Virus record (IMG/VR): IMGVR_UViG_3300049259_000157
Span: 1-51,346 of that record
DNA length: 51,346 nucleotides
Source of the DNA: a virus
Lineage: Duplodnaviria; Caudoviricetes
Reading direction: 5' to 3' (one strand)
Positions 27,608-37,923 of the stretch are shown here, one piece after another. The notes beneath the pieces are model-generated. The model saw only the letters and a list, made by a program, of their open reading frames with translations. It ran no database searches and was not told where the DNA came from. A program made the translations under genes and the position numbers. Within the stretch, counting starts at the first letter, position 1. Each line of letters begins with the position of its first letter.

Positions 27608-28008
27608 CAGGTCTCGTACGCCTGGCTGCAGGCCAGCGTAACGGTGTCCTCGAAGTTGCCCTCCGCGTCCTTCTTCGGATCGATCTTCGAGACGCGGCAC
27701 GTGTATGCGCGGCGCTGGCCGTTGCCCTCGTCCTGCGTCGTGATCGTGAACGTGCGCTGGACGCGGTTGGCCTCGTACCAGTCGTACTCGGGCGTCTTGG
27801 ACACCTCGCGGTAGACCACCATGTCGATCTCGAACCCGCCCTGCTTGCGCCGGAATCCCGCGCCGCGCGTCACGCCGATCGCCATCACGACCTCGGTAGC
27901 GGCGTTGTCCTTGGCGTCGAAGTTCTTGACCTTCAGGAGCTGCTTGAGCGCTCCGTTGCCGGCGCCGCTGTTGATGAAGATCTGTCCCTGTGAAGCAATA
28001 TCCGGCAT
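27607..28008 (-). CDS. Tail tube protein
   Basis: 133-aa beta-rich protein directly after the sheath; GGAGG RBS. Confidence 0.8.
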   Translation of the reverse strand: MPDIASQGQIFINSGAGNGALKQLLKVKNFDAKDNAATEVVMAIGVTRGAGFRRKQGGFEIDMVVYREVSKTPEYDWYEANRVQRTFTITTQDEGNGQRRAYTCRVSKIDPKKDAEGNFEDTVTLACSQAYET

Positions 28009-28011
28009 GGG

Positions 28012-29484
28012 TCACCCTCCGATCTGAATGTTGTGCACCCAGGCGATCTGGTGCAGGTTGACCGCTACGGTGTAGGGCAGCAGGACGTTGTTGCGGCCGC
28101 TGGTGATCGTGTCGTGCTCGACGATGATCCCCGCGATGTCGCTCTCGACCTTGGACTGCACCAATACCTTGGCGATGGCCTCGGAGCGCATGATCGCGGC
28201 CGCGAGATCCTTGATCTGGTCGTCGGTGTCTTCGTCCTGCGAGACGCCGTCGGGGTTCGAGTCAGCGCCGAGCGCGATCCCCGTGGCGATGTCGAGCTGG
28301 ATCGCCAGCGCGACGCCGGTTCGCGACACCGCGATGTCGCGATTCCGGGCATCTGGTTGACTCGAGGTCGTCGTCTTGGTGGTGACCAGGCGCTCGCACT
28401 TCGCCCGGTTCGCGGTGAACTGCCCGGTCGAGTCGACGACGCCGGTGTAGGCCGTGAGGCCAGCCAGGATCGCGGTCTCGACCTCCGGTCCGGTGTAGAC
28501 GGTCGCCGCGCCCGGTGGGAACAGCGGCACGGTGGCGCCGTCGTAGTTCGCGTTGGGCCGCTCGCGCGACCACACCAGCATAGCGGTGGCGGTCGCGATC
28601 TCGCCGGCGGTGTTGAGGCAGCCCTCGAACGACGAGACCACGACGGCCTGGTGGTTCGCCGCGGCCGCGAGCGACGTCGCGGTGCCGATCGACCCCATCT
28701 CGCCGATGAAGTACCACCCCCACGTCTTGGATGACGCCGACCAGCGCGCGGCGATGTCGAGGTTGATCTCCGTGATGTCGGCCGCCGCGTGGTTGGCGAT
28801 CGCGATCCCGTCGTAGCGCAGCGGCGAGAGCGCGTCGATCGCCGGCTGGCAGTCGGCGACCCCGGTGCCGGCGACGGTGTTGGCCGCGGTCGCGGTCAGG
28901 CCGGCGACCTGGAAGTCGACGGTGACCACGATGTCGGCGCCGTTGGCGCCCTTGGTGGCGTGGGTCAGCGTCACGACCGCGCCGGCGACCGTGACGATCA
29001 CGGGCAGGTTGGCCTGGTCAGCCTTGAGCACGCTGGCGATCGCGGCCGCGTTCGTCGCTGCGACGTCGCCCGACCGCACGCCGACCAGGTAGGTGCGGCC
29101 GGCAATCCGGATCTTCTGGTTGCCGTCGGTCGTCGCCGTTCCGGCGCAAGTGATCGTCTTGACGTTCGCGGCGCCGCCGCCCGGCTCCGCGATCGACACC
29201 ACCTTGACGCGCGGGCCGCGCCCGAACAGCACGTTGCATTCGTACGACTTGCGACACATCAGCGCCGCCTCGCTGCCGATCCCGAACAGCGCGTCAGTGG
29301 TCGCCGCGTCGGTCGCGTCGTAGATCGTGCCGAGCACGGCGGTGCCGCTTGACGCCTTCATCCCGACCAGCGCGATCGTCAGCGGGACCGCGGTCAGCGA
29401 CCCGCTCTGCAACAGGTAGTTGAAGACGTGGAACGTCTGCGGGCGGTTGAGGTTGTTCGGGACGTTGGTGACGACCTGGTTCAC
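28012..29484 (-). CDS. Tail sheath protein (Mu gpL-like)
   Basis: VPNNLNRP...LVGMK...ALFGIGSEAALM; IAGR...VRSGD; VTLTHATKGANG; ERLVTT. Confidence 0.93.
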   Translation of the reverse strand: MNQVVTNVPNNLNRPQTFHVFNYLLQSGSLTAVPLTIALVGMKASSGTAVLGTIYDATDAATTDALFGIGSEAALMCRKSYECNVLFGRGPRVKVVSIAEPGGGAANVKTITCAGTATTDGNQKIRIAGRTYLVGVRSGDVAATNAAAIASVLKADQANLPVIVTVAGAVVTLTHATKGANGADIVVTVDFQVAGLTATAANTVAGTGVADCQPAIDALSPLRYDGIAIANHAAADITEINLDIAARWSASSKTWGWYFIGEMGSIGTATSLAAAANHQAVVVSSFEGCLNTAGEIATATAMLVWSRERPNANYDGATVPLFPPGAATVYTGPEVETAILAGLTAYTGVVDSTGQFTANRAKCERLVTTKTTTSSQPDARNRDIAVSRTGVALAIQLDIATGIALGADSNPDGVSQDEDTDDQIKDLAAAIMRSEAIAKVLVQSKVESDIAGIIVEHDTITSGRNNVLLPYTVAVNLHQIAWVHNIQIGG

Positions 29485-29750
29485 GGCGTGCCGCCTTTCT
29501 TGATCTCGATCTTGCCGAAGTCGGTGGGGGCCGCGGCGAGCTCGCAGCTCGCGACCGGCGCGCCGTCCATGTTGCAGAGCGTAAGGTCGAGACGAGTGAT
29601 CGACCGGCGGATGCTCTGGCTGTAGCGCACCCGGCTGATCCATCCCGGTTTGACGTACAGGATGTAACCGCCCGGCTCGCAGCCGTCCTCGGTGTGGATG
29701 GGGGTCAGCTTGCCCTCGGGGGCGGTGACCGAGACATGGGAGGGTGGCAT
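29481..29750 (-). CDS. Small gp38/DUF2635-like protein
   Basis: VTAPEGKLTP...RRSITRLDL; position just before the sheath. Confidence 0.6.
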   Translation of the reverse strand: MPPSHVSVTAPEGKLTPIHTEDGCEPGGYILYVKPGWISRVRYSQSIRRSITRLDLTLCNMDGAPVASCELAAAPTDFGKIEIKKGGTP

Positions 29751-29763
29751 CTCTGGTGTGCTC

Positions 29764-30471
29764 CTACAGAACGGTGTCTGCGTCAACAGAAGTTGAGAAG
29801 TTCGCCGCGGCCGGCCTGTTGACCTCGGTCGGCTCGGTCGTGGTGCGCCAGCCGATCGATTCAAGGAGCTGGCCGGCGGTGCGGAACTCGGCGCCGCCGC
29901 CCTTGAGCGGCGTCATCACCATCAGCTTGATCCGGAACGTCATCAGCCAGATCAGGATCGCGTCGCGCGACGCGAGCTCCTCCTCGCGCACCGGCCTGAT
30001 CTGCTTGATCGCCGTGCTGGCGTTGCAACGCTGTCCGATCAGGAGCTCGCGCACGTGCTCCATGATCACGTGGATGCCCGGGTCGGCACGGTCGTCGGCC
30101 AGGGCTACGCCGTCTGCGCGGTGACGGCCGCGCGAGCGACCGCGCTGGTGCTGCGTCGCGATGTAGACCAGCAGCTCCAGCTCGCCGGCCGACTGCATCC
30201 CGCCGCTGCCGATCGCGCCGCCGCCGAGGTTCGTCGTGTCGTAGGTGCAGGTTCCGGTCTGCAGCGCGATTGACGGCGTCACCTTCACCTGGTCCATGAG
30301 GCTGGCGATGCCCTCATCGTCGGTGTAGGTGCGCACGACGCCGCCGAACGGCTCGACGTTGTACAGGTAGCCGCCGTTGGAGCGCAGCAGGCCCGACAGA
30401 AGATCGGTCGCTCCCTCTTCGATCACGGTGCGCTGCGGAACATGGAGGCCGGTGTCAAACACGTGGGTCAT
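29764..30471 (-). CDS. Mu gp37-like tail terminator/neck protein
   Basis: IEEG...YNVEPFGG...; position. Confidence 0.65.
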   Translation of the reverse strand: MTHVFDTGLHVPQRTVIEEGATDLLSGLLRSNGGYLYNVEPFGGVVRTYTDDEGIASLMDQVKVTPSIALQTGTCTYDTTNLGGGAIGSGGMQSAGELELLVYIATQHQRGRSRGRHRADGVALADDRADPGIHVIMEHVRELLIGQRCNASTAIKQIRPVREEELASRDAILIWLMTFRIKLMVMTPLKGGGAEFRTAGQLLESIGWRTTTEPTEVNRPAAANFSTSVDADTVL

Positions 30472-30923
30472 GGGATTCCCATCCAGCGCCTGTAGAGCGC
30501 GTCCTCGAACTTGGCCTTGACCTGCTTCACGAGCCGCGGCCCGATCCACAGGTACTGCCGCTGCGGAACGATCGCGCCGTGGCCAACCCGGGTCGGGCCG
30601 TCCTGGTGCGCCAGGGACCAGCGCACGCGCGATTTCAGCAGCAGGCGATCGGCGTTGGTGGAGATACGGTTCGCGCCAGGTAGTCGCGCGAGGATCTGTC
30701 GGTTCTGCCGCTGGCCCATACGCACGCGGCGCGCGATGGTCGTCGAGGCCAGGTACGGCCAGGGCCCGCGGGGGCCGCGCATGCGGTTCTTGTGGTCGCG
30801 CATGTCGGCGTTCGTGGGCTTCCTGAGCTCGCGAAACACGCGACTGAAATCGCGCCTTCCGAGCTTCACGAACATCGCCTTGATGCCGCCGAACTTCACG
30901 ACGGCATCGACGTCTACGAGCAC
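30468..30923 (-). CDS. Virion morphogenesis protein (Mu gpG / tail completion S-like)
   Basis: WPYLASTT...LAHQDG...VPQRQYLWI. Confidence 0.82.
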   Translation of the reverse strand: MLVDVDAVVKFGGIKAMFVKLGRRDFSRVFRELRKPTNADMRDHKNRMRGPRGPWPYLASTTIARRVRMGQRQNRQILARLPGANRISTNADRLLLKSRVRWSLAHQDGPTRVGHGAIVPQRQYLWIGPRLVKQVKAKFEDALYRRWMGIP

Positions 30924-31372
30924 TAGATGAAGTCTTTCATCCTGCGGCGCGAGACGAACAGCGAGGGGTCGCGCGGCGCCGCCTTATCGATCACGATGGT
31001 GGCGGCGAGCGGCTCGGGGTCGACGCCCAGCGAGATGACGCCCTTGGAGACGCCGTCGAGCCAGGCGATGTCGATCCGCTCGGCCTCCTGGTCGTCGACC
31101 ATGGGCTGACCCTTGTAGCGGTTCTTCCGCAGGATTCGCGCGGCCCAGCGGGCCGACATCGACGAGATCACGATCGGCGTCGTGACAAGAGGCACCTTCG
31201 AGCGGTGCGCCACGTACGAATCGATGTGGCCATCGGCCTCGGCGATCGCCGCGTCGATCACCGCAAGCGCGCCGGAATCGAGCGTGTTGGCTTCTTCGAG
31301 ATCGGCCAGCTGGACGAGGTTGGCCAACCCGCCCACGGCGATCTGAACCTGCGCGAGCGTCGAGTAGGCCAT
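30923..31372 (-). CDS. Mu gp36/DUF1320 head-tail adaptor
   Basis: MAYST...AIAEADGHIDSYV...VPL...WLDGVSKGVISLG. Confidence 0.9.
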   Translation of the reverse strand: MAYSTLAQVQIAVGGLANLVQLADLEEANTLDSGALAVIDAAIAEADGHIDSYVAHRSKVPLVTTPIVISSMSARWAARILRKNRYKGQPMVDDQEAERIDIAWLDGVSKGVISLGVDPEPLAATIVIDKAAPRDPSLFVSRRRMKDFI

Positions 31373-31380
31373 GGCCGAGG

Positions 31381-31992
31381 TTACTTCCGCTGAGGAGCGC
31401 CGAAGTCGTCAGCCTCGGTCGACGCCACGGGGCCCGTAACCGCGGCGCCGGCGGCAAGCCGCGATGACGAGCCGTCTCCCGGATCCTTGGCTGCGCGGCG
31501 AGCGTCACGGGCCGCCTTGGCCTTCGTGATCTCAGCGCGCATCGCCTCGTTCTCCTTGCGGAGATCCTCGTTCTCGGACTGCAGCCGCGCCGCGTCCTGC
31601 TCGATCGCCGGCGACTGGTGCGCGGTCAGCGCGTTGTCGGCGAGGATGCGCTCCGCGCCCCACGGGTTGACGACCATCTTGCCCGCGGCCTGGGCCTTGG
31701 CGACGTCGGCGTCGCTCAGATCGACGATGTCGACCTCGGTGCGCTTGCCGGCCGAGCCGTCGAAGCGCAGGCCGGCGCGCGAGCGCTGCTTGATGCCGCG
31801 CTGCGGGATGATGAACATCTTGTCGCCCGGCTTGGGCTCGGGGATCGACGACCGACGGTTCGCCGCGGCGACGTCGCGGCGCTCGCGGCGCTCGTTGAGG
31901 CGCGTCTCCTTGTCCATGATCTCTTGCTGGATCTGGTGGGCGGTCGGCGGGATGAAGTCGGGATCGTCTTCGTGGAGAGGCTGGTTCGGCAC
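31381..31992 (-). CDS. gp35/HI1506-like protein with a coiled coil
   Basis: RSRAGLRF motif; position between capsid and gp36. Confidence 0.6.
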   Translation of the reverse strand: MPNQPLHEDDPDFIPPTAHQIQQEIMDKETRLNERRERRDVAAANRRSSIPEPKPGDKMFIIPQRGIKQRSRAGLRFDGSAGKRTEVDIVDLSDADVAKAQAAGKMVVNPWGAERILADNALTAHQSPAIEQDAARLQSENEDLRKENEAMRAEITKAKAARDARRAAKDPGDGSSSRLAAGAAVTGPVASTEADDFGAPQRK

Positions 31993-32027
31993 GTCGGAGC
32001 TCCTGGAACGGGTTGGAATACGTGGTG

Positions 32028-32046
32028 GCGGCGATTCCCTCGCCGC
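32028..32046 (-). terminator. Stem-loop after the capsid gene
   Basis: GCGGCGA-N5-TCGCCGC; no strong U-tract. Confidence 0.4.
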
Positions 32047-32057
32047 TGGGCTACGAC

Positions 32058-33092
32058 TTACGAGCCGACGCCGCCGACGATCTCCTGCGGCAGGCCGTAC
32101 GCGGCGCCGTCCTCAGACTCGAGGCCGTACAGGTACTTTCCCGTGCGGAACACGAACTCCGAGTCGCTCGAGTCGACCGACATGAATTCGGGCAGGCGCT
32201 TGCGCTGCAGGATGACGGCCGTCGAGTCGACCGGGATCAGGAACCACTCGAGCCCGGTCAGCGTGACCGACTGGCCGAAGATGTTGTAGACCGCGCCGGC
32301 CGTGATCCATGACGTGCAGTCGGGGATCGCGGTCCCCTTGTCGAGGTTCGTCTGCGTCTGCCCGACGATATTCTCCTGCTGCAGCACCGAGCGGACAGCG
32401 GTTCGGTTTGCCGGGCCGTGGAGGAGTCGGAGCTGGCGACCAGCGATCGGGTTGATCGGCAGCCCGTACTCGTCCTTCATCTGCAGGAACAGGTTCCACG
32501 CCGTCGCGTAGGTCGTCGCCGAGAACGCGCCGGTGACCTTGTTGCTGTACTGCGTGCCCGTACCGTTGCCGAGGAACGTGTGATCGGTGTCGATCAAGTT
32601 CTGGCCGTCGTACGTCGTGCCGAGCGCCGTGCCCTGGATGCCGGCGATGAGCATCGCGATCACGATCTCGTCGAGGTGGCGGTCGTACGAGTCGCCGAGG
32701 CTGTTGATCTTCTCGCGGTACAGCCCGAACCGGTCGTTCAGGATGTCCCCTTTGGGGACCGTGATCGAGACCTCGTGCGGGCGCGTGATGATCGGCAGCG
32801 ACTCGGCGCGCAGCATCGAGACGACCTTGTCGCCCTCCCAGAGGCGCATCTTCGGAACGCTGTCGAGCCACAGCTGGCGATCGAGCAGGTTATCCGTGTC
32901 CATGACCTTGGCGTAAGTCTTCCAGAGCGCGCCCGGCCGGCCGAGCCGGTTGTTGAGCATCGTGCCGAAGCCGATGTAGGCGGCCTCGATCTTCGATGCA
33001 TCGGGAGAGCTTCCGCCCTGGCGGATGCTCGACAGCATGTCGGTGCCCGTGGGGGTCCATCCGGGGCCGCGAGCTAGGTAGGTGTGGCGCAT
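32058..33092 (-). CDS. Major capsid protein (Mu gpT-like)
   Basis: WLDSVPKMRLWEGD, EVSITV...DILNDRFGLY, YDGQNLIDTDH, YLYG...YGLPQ. Confidence 0.95.
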   Translation of the reverse strand: MRHTYLARGPGWTPTGTDMLSSIRQGGSSPDASKIEAAYIGFGTMLNNRLGRPGALWKTYAKVMDTDNLLDRQLWLDSVPKMRLWEGDKVVSMLRAESLPIITRPHEVSITVPKGDILNDRFGLYREKINSLGDSYDRHLDEIVIAMLIAGIQGTALGTTYDGQNLIDTDHTFLGNGTGTQYSNKVTGAFSATTYATAWNLFLQMKDEYGLPINPIAGRQLRLLHGPANRTAVRSVLQQENIVGQTQTNLDKGTAIPDCTSWITAGAVYNIFGQSVTLTGLEWFLIPVDSTAVILQRKRLPEFMSVDSSDSEFVFRTGKYLYGLESEDGAAYGLPQEIVGGVGS

Positions 33093-33120
33093 GTTACTGG
33101 TGGTTCCTTTCGTCGGCCGA

Positions 33121-33537
33121 TTACGCCGCGGCGACAAAGCCGCCGAGCATCGCGGTCCAGACGCCATCGGCGTCCACCTCTTCGATGTAGCCGGCGCCGA
33201 TGTCATTGGTGGTGGTGGCCGCTAGCGACACCGTCTGGTTGTCCAGAACAGTCGCCAGTGTGCCGACGTTGGCGACGGTGATCGTGCCGTCGTTTCCCAT
33301 GTTGAACACGCCGCGTTCGACGACGATCTTGATATCGCCGTTGACCGTGCTGGCCGGGTGGGCCGAGATCCCCTGGACCTTGAGCGCCGTCGTGTCGCTC
33401 GCGTTGACCGCGAGCCCCGAGGCGTTGGTGGCGACCATGACGCCCGCGGGGATCGTCGTGGAGGCCGCGAGCGTCAGCACGATCTGGCGCTCCACGAACC
33501 GCTTCTTGGTGTTCCGGTCGAGCGTGGTTGCCGCCAT
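33121..33537 (-). CDS. Head decoration/cement protein
   Basis: AASTTIPAGVMV...VERGVF...DNQTV...AGYIEEVDADGVW; between scaffold and capsid. Confidence 0.8.
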   Translation of the reverse strand: MAATTLDRNTKKRFVERQIVLTLAASTTIPAGVMVATNASGLAVNASDTTALKVQGISAHPASTVNGDIKIVVERGVFNMGNDGTITVANVGTLATVLDNQTVSLAATTTNDIGAGYIEEVDADGVWTAMLGGFVAAA

Positions 33538-34787
33538 TACGACACCCCGCCCTGCTCGCGCTGAAACGCGACCATATCCTCGACCTTGAGGCCGAGCTGG
33601 TCCGCCACGCGTTGGAAGTTGGGGTTGGCGCCTTCGGGCGCAGCGGTCGACGCCGGCGGCGCGCCGACGGTCTCGACCTGCAGGCGCTGGCCGACCGGCA
33701 CGATGACGTCGAGCTCAGCAAGCTCGGCCTCGAGCGCCACGATGCCGTCGCGCGCCGCGATCTTGCGTAGACGCTCCTCGCGCGGACTCGGAGTCGCCAG
33801 GCCGGCGGCGTCGCGGCCATGCTTGAGCTTGCCGGCCCGGTAGCAGCCCGACAGCAGGTCGTCGATCCGGATCTTCGACGCCGCGGCGAGCCCGGCGGTG
33901 GCCGCCGTGAGCTCCATCTGGGTGGTAGCGAGCTTGGATTCGGCGGTGAGGGCGCGCCGCTCCAGCGCCTCCACGGCTGCGACCGCCGACGGTTCGTCGG
34001 TCTCGGCCAGCGCGGTCAGTTTCAGAACTGCCGCAAGTCGGGGAAACGCCATCTGCTGTATCTCCTTGGGTGGTAGTTCGAGCTCGGCGGCCAGGTCCGC
34101 CCGGATATCGCTGATCCTGGTGCCTTTGACGGCCGGGACGTTGACGCCGGAGAGCTCCTTGCCCTCCCAGATACTGAACTCGTATTCGACGATCCGGGGC
34201 TTTCCGTCAACCTCCACGGTTTCCCCGAGCCAGCAGTGGCACGAATCGCGGCCTCGGACGTCGACGCCGTGCAGGGTGCAGAACACCGGGCCAAGCGGGA
34301 ACCAGCTGATCGAAAAGCTGTCGATCGTGCCGTCAATCACCGAGATCACGGCGTCGGGCTTGACGACGTTAAACGACATCTCGAACGCGTCGCGGCCCTT
34401 GTCGTCGACGAGCTTGCTGCCGAGGATCGTGCCCTTGCGAGAGCTTTGGGTGTGGGTGTCGTGATCCGTGAGGAACGGCAAGCCCTTGAATGTCGACGCG
34501 CTGGCGCCCAGATCTCCGCCGAGCCGCACAAATCGGCGGTTCGGCGCGCCGGGCGTCTTGCGTTGCCGGAACGTCAGCGCCGAGACCGCGAGCTCGACGT
34601 GCTTCCCGCCGCGAATCAACGTGATGAGCTCGGCGCGCTGGGCCTTGGCGTCCGGATCGGTCGCGCCGGCGCGCAGCTCGGTGAGCGCGCCGGCGCCGTC
34701 GACCTGGATGTTGCCGAGCCACGGGCTGATCTCGAAAGCCGATCGGCACGCCGTGGCGGTCAGGAGCGTAGGGTCCTTGAGCTTCAT
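33537..34787 (-). CDS. Prohead protease/scaffold (Mu I/Z-like), nested scaffold start at 34052
   Basis: PFLTDH, FSISW, ELSGVNVPAV protease motifs; internal AAGGAG + ATG (MAFPRLAAVLKL). Confidence 0.8.
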   Translation of the reverse strand: MKLKDPTLLTATACRSAFEISPWLGNIQVDGAGALTELRAGATDPDAKAQRAELITLIRGGKHVELAVSALTFRQRKTPGAPNRRFVRLGGDLGASASTFKGLPFLTDHDTHTQSSRKGTILGSKLVDDKGRDAFEMSFNVVKPDAVISVIDGTIDSFSISWFPLGPVFCTLHGVDVRGRDSCHCWLGETVEVDGKPRIVEYEFSIWEGKELSGVNVPAVKGTRISDIRADLAAELELPPKEIQQMAFPRLAAVLKLTALAETDEPSAVAAVEALERRALTAESKLATTQMELTAATAGLAAASKIRIDDLLSGCYRAGKLKHGRDAAGLATPSPREERLRKIAARDGIVALEAELAELDVIVPVGQRLQVETVGAPPASTAAPEGANPNFQRVADQLGLKVEDMVAFQREQGGVS

Positions 34788-36130
34788 TTCTTGTCCTCGC
34801 GGGCGTGGCCCGGTTCGGGCGGGGGCGTCGGCACGAAGATGATTCTGTCCTTGGGGTCGCCCACGGCCGGCTCTCGAAGGTTGAACTCCTCGCGGATTTG
34901 CGACGCGGAGATCGGCAGCGCCTGCCCGAGGATCTCGATCGCCTGCGCGCGCGCGAGCTCGTCGCGCGTCAGCTTGATCTTGAGCATCGGCGGGGCCGCC
35001 TTGTCGAACCCGTTCCACGCGATGAACGTGCGGCCGATGTCCCGCACGAACATCTCTTCGACGCACTTCGCGTCGTGGCGCTTCATCTTGTAGGCGCGGC
35101 TCTCGTGGACGGTGGCCGCGTTGTAGCTGCCAGCGCCGGTCGAGCTGACGTCGGTGTTGAGCGATCCGCCAGTGATGAGCTTCGTCATCATCGACTCGGC
35201 GATCTGCATGATCGTCGGCCAGATCGTCGAGGCGTCGCCGCCGCGAGCCGTCTCCTTGATCACGAGCTCGGTCAGCGACGACAGCACCGCGTAGCCGTCT
35301 TGGCCGATCGAGCGCACCGAGTCCTCGAGCGCGTCGCGCGATTTGCCGCTCGCGCCTTCCTCGTAGTAGCCGATCGCGAGGGGCAGGCCGAACATGTCGG
35401 CGAACACCTGGAAGTCCTTGAACCCGGCGAGCGCGAAGAACGCCCATGGCGCGCAGCTGCGCATGAGGCCGGCCGCGTACGGGTTCCGGAACCGGTTCCT
35501 CGAGATCGCCCACAGCCCCGGAACGAGATCGACGAGCTCAAACCTCGAGCTGTTGCCGTCGATCAGCATGATCTGGTCGGCCATGTCGGAGCGTGGTGCG
35601 CCGAACCGTCGAGCCGCCGGGTTCACGAATCGAGTCGGCACCACGGCGCCGTCGACGTAATCCCACTCCATGTTGGTGCACGCGAACCCGTTCGGGACTG
35701 CGGTCAGCTGGTGCCCGAGGAACTCGCGAAACTGCAGCTGGTTCTGCAGGCTGTCGTTGAGGATCGCCGCGGCCATGACAGACGGCTTGTCGGTGCGCCC
35801 AGGTGGCGGGATCACGACCCAGTCGCAGCCGGCGACGTCCTCGTTGCGGTCGTTGAGCAAGCCGCGGAGCTCGGCGTGGCGCTCGACCAGGCCGTCGAAC
35901 AGGTCGAACTGCTTCGTCGGCTGCCCGTTCTCGGCCTGGCGGTAGTAGCTAAACAGCGACTCGATCGTCAGGCCCTGCTCGGGGTGGGAGGAGTAGGTTT
36001 CCATCCCGCGTGGGTTCGGGGCGACCACCGATCGCCGGGTCGTCGGCAGTGGAATCGGTCGGCCGTTCTCGTCCAGTATCGTCGGCGCCGGCTGGCGCAG
36101 CTTCGGCCGGGTCGCAAGAGCGTTCGTCAC
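34784..36130 (-). CDS. Portal protein (Mu gp29/DUF935-like)
   Basis: AENG...DLF...HAELRGLL, GLMRSC, FADMFGLP...GYY, KLITGGSL...GSYNAATVH. Confidence 0.93.
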   Translation of the reverse strand: MTNALATRPKLRQPAPTILDENGRPIPLPTTRRSVVAPNPRGMETYSSHPEQGLTIESLFSYYRQAENGQPTKQFDLFDGLVERHAELRGLLNDRNEDVAGCDWVVIPPPGRTDKPSVMAAAILNDSLQNQLQFREFLGHQLTAVPNGFACTNMEWDYVDGAVVPTRFVNPAARRFGAPRSDMADQIMLIDGNSSRFELVDLVPGLWAISRNRFRNPYAAGLMRSCAPWAFFALAGFKDFQVFADMFGLPLAIGYYEEGASGKSRDALEDSVRSIGQDGYAVLSSLTELVIKETARGGDASTIWPTIMQIAESMMTKLITGGSLNTDVSSTGAGSYNAATVHESRAYKMKRHDAKCVEEMFVRDIGRTFIAWNGFDKAAPPMLKIKLTRDELARAQAIEILGQALPISASQIREEFNLREPAVGDPKDRIIFVPTPPPEPGHAREDKK

Positions 36131-37923
36131 AGGCCCCGATTTCGAGTCCCCCGGCGCCCTGGCGCGCGCGGGCGGTCGGGGGCCGCGCCTAGACCGCGCT
36201 CTGCGGGGGCGGGCTTGTCCAGGGCCTTCTGGATGGCATCCACCCCGCCGGGTTTGTCAGATCTGAAGATTCTTGGGAAGAGCCTAACGATCGGATACGA
36301 AACGGCGTCTCCCAGGTGGGCGTGCTCCTGGATGCGGCTCGGTCGGCCGTGGACCGTCTTCCAGCCGCGGATCGCCGCGCAGCACTTCGGGGCGAGCTCG
36401 GGATCGGCGAACAGCCGGCGCTTCTTGTCGGCCGCCTGGATCAGCGAGGTGAACGAGCGGATCCGGTCGAGCACGTCGGGGTTCTTGCGCCGGAACCGGC
36501 GCGATGGAGGCCGGATGTTGGTGTATCCGCCGTCGCGGATGATGTCCCACGAGCCCTTGCCTTTCCATTCTGGCGGCGGGCTGTCGGCCTGGCGCCGGCG
36601 CGAATGCTGATACTCCGCGGTGGCGTCGCTGACGATGATCGTCGTCTCGTTGCTAAATCCGCGATCGCGAAGCAGGGCCGTCCAGTGCTCCTCGTCGCCG
36701 GCTTCGACAATCGCCTCACCTACGATCCAGGCGATCACGTTGTCGTGGTTCGCAACCTCGCCGGGCTTGGCATAGAACCGATAGACCGGGCCGCCGATGT
36801 GCGGATGCACCTGGACGTCGAGGCCGAGCAGATCATCGAACCCCTCGCCCTCTTCCTCGATCTCGAGGAATTCTGCCGTGACGTCGAGCAGGCCGGTCAC
36901 CGGGCATGGCAGCTGTCGGCCCTCGGCGTCGCGCGTCGGCCGCGGCATCGGCCGCTCGCACTCGATCCGCGTCCAGTTGTAGGCGACCGCGTCGATCGCT
37001 GCGCGGAACTCGCCGAGTACCTCGATCGAAAACGTCCGCTCGTCGAGCTCCTTGCGCATGGCGAGGAGCGCGCGGCGGTTGATATGAGGGTTGTCGAGCG
37101 GGTTGAAGTGTTTGTAGACGGCCTCGCGGCGCTTCGCGATGCAGTCGGCCGCGAAGTCGTTGACCCAATCCTGATCGCCGGCCTCGACCGGCGGGTTCGC
37201 GCAGACCAGCACCAGCCCCGCCTTGTCGCTGATGGCGCCACGGGCCACCACGTACACGCGGTGCTTCATCTTCTGGCCCTCGTTGAGCCAGATGAGGTGC
37301 GCTTCGCCCTCCTTGATCGCGTCGGTGTCGGCGCCGATGTACGCGCTCTTGAGGTCGATGATCGAGCCGTTGATCAGCTCGTATTTCTGCGCCGTCGGGC
37401 GACGCGCGAGCCAGTTCGGCGACAGCAACCTGCTGAGGTAGCGCTTCACCTCGGCGTCTTTTTTCTCGCTCGGCGAGACCGGCCACACGATCCCCTCGGG
37501 GAACATCACCGCGTACATCGCGCAGCAGACCGCGGCGATCCACGTCTTGCCGCCGCGGCGCCCGCCGGCGAACAGCGCCGAGTACGCTTCGTCGTCGATC
37601 GACTCGACCGTCGAGATCGCGCCCTCGAGCTCCTCCTGGGTCAACTCGGGGGGGTCGTCGCGGCGCCCCGCGTGGACGCCGAGCCAGTCGATGAACCACT
37701 TGATCGCCGGGATCTGGCCGGGGTGCGGCCGAACCACAACGCCTTGCTCAGGCTCGTCCTCCGTGAACTCCTCGGCGCGCTTGTCCCATCGCCCGCCGAC
37801 CCATCCAAGGATCTCGCCATCGAATTCGACGTCGATCCGCATATCGACCAGCGCCGCGCCGGTCTGGCGCTCGCGCCGGCGCCGCTCGAGCGCCTCCCCC
37901 TCGGTCGCGCGCGCCTTACCCAT
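36127..37923 (-). CDS. terL: Terminase large subunit
   Basis: Walker A GGRRGGKT, Walker B-like LIWLNEGQ, ANP motif, DNPHI, nuclease GLDV and HLGDAVSY; upstream of the portal. Confidence 0.92.
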   Translation of the reverse strand: MGKARATEGEALERRRRERQTGAALVDMRIDVEFDGEILGWVGGRWDKRAEEFTEDEPEQGVVVRPHPGQIPAIKWFIDWLGVHAGRRDDPPELTQEELEGAISTVESIDDEAYSALFAGGRRGGKTWIAAVCCAMYAVMFPEGIVWPVSPSEKKDAEVKRYLSRLLSPNWLARRPTAQKYELINGSIIDLKSAYIGADTDAIKEGEAHLIWLNEGQKMKHRVYVVARGAISDKAGLVLVCANPPVEAGDQDWVNDFAADCIAKRREAVYKHFNPLDNPHINRRALLAMRKELDERTFSIEVLGEFRAAIDAVAYNWTRIECERPMPRPTRDAEGRQLPCPVTGLLDVTAEFLEIEEEGEGFDDLLGLDVQVHPHIGGPVYRFYAKPGEVANHDNVIAWIVGEAIVEAGDEEHWTALLRDRGFSNETTIIVSDATAEYQHSRRRQADSPPPEWKGKGSWDIIRDGGYTNIRPPSRRFRRKNPDVLDRIRSFTSLIQAADKKRRLFADPELAPKCCAAIRGWKTVHGRPSRIQEHAHLGDAVSYPIVRLFPRIFRSDKPGGVDAIQKALDKPAPAERGLGAAPDRPRAPGRRGTRNRGL

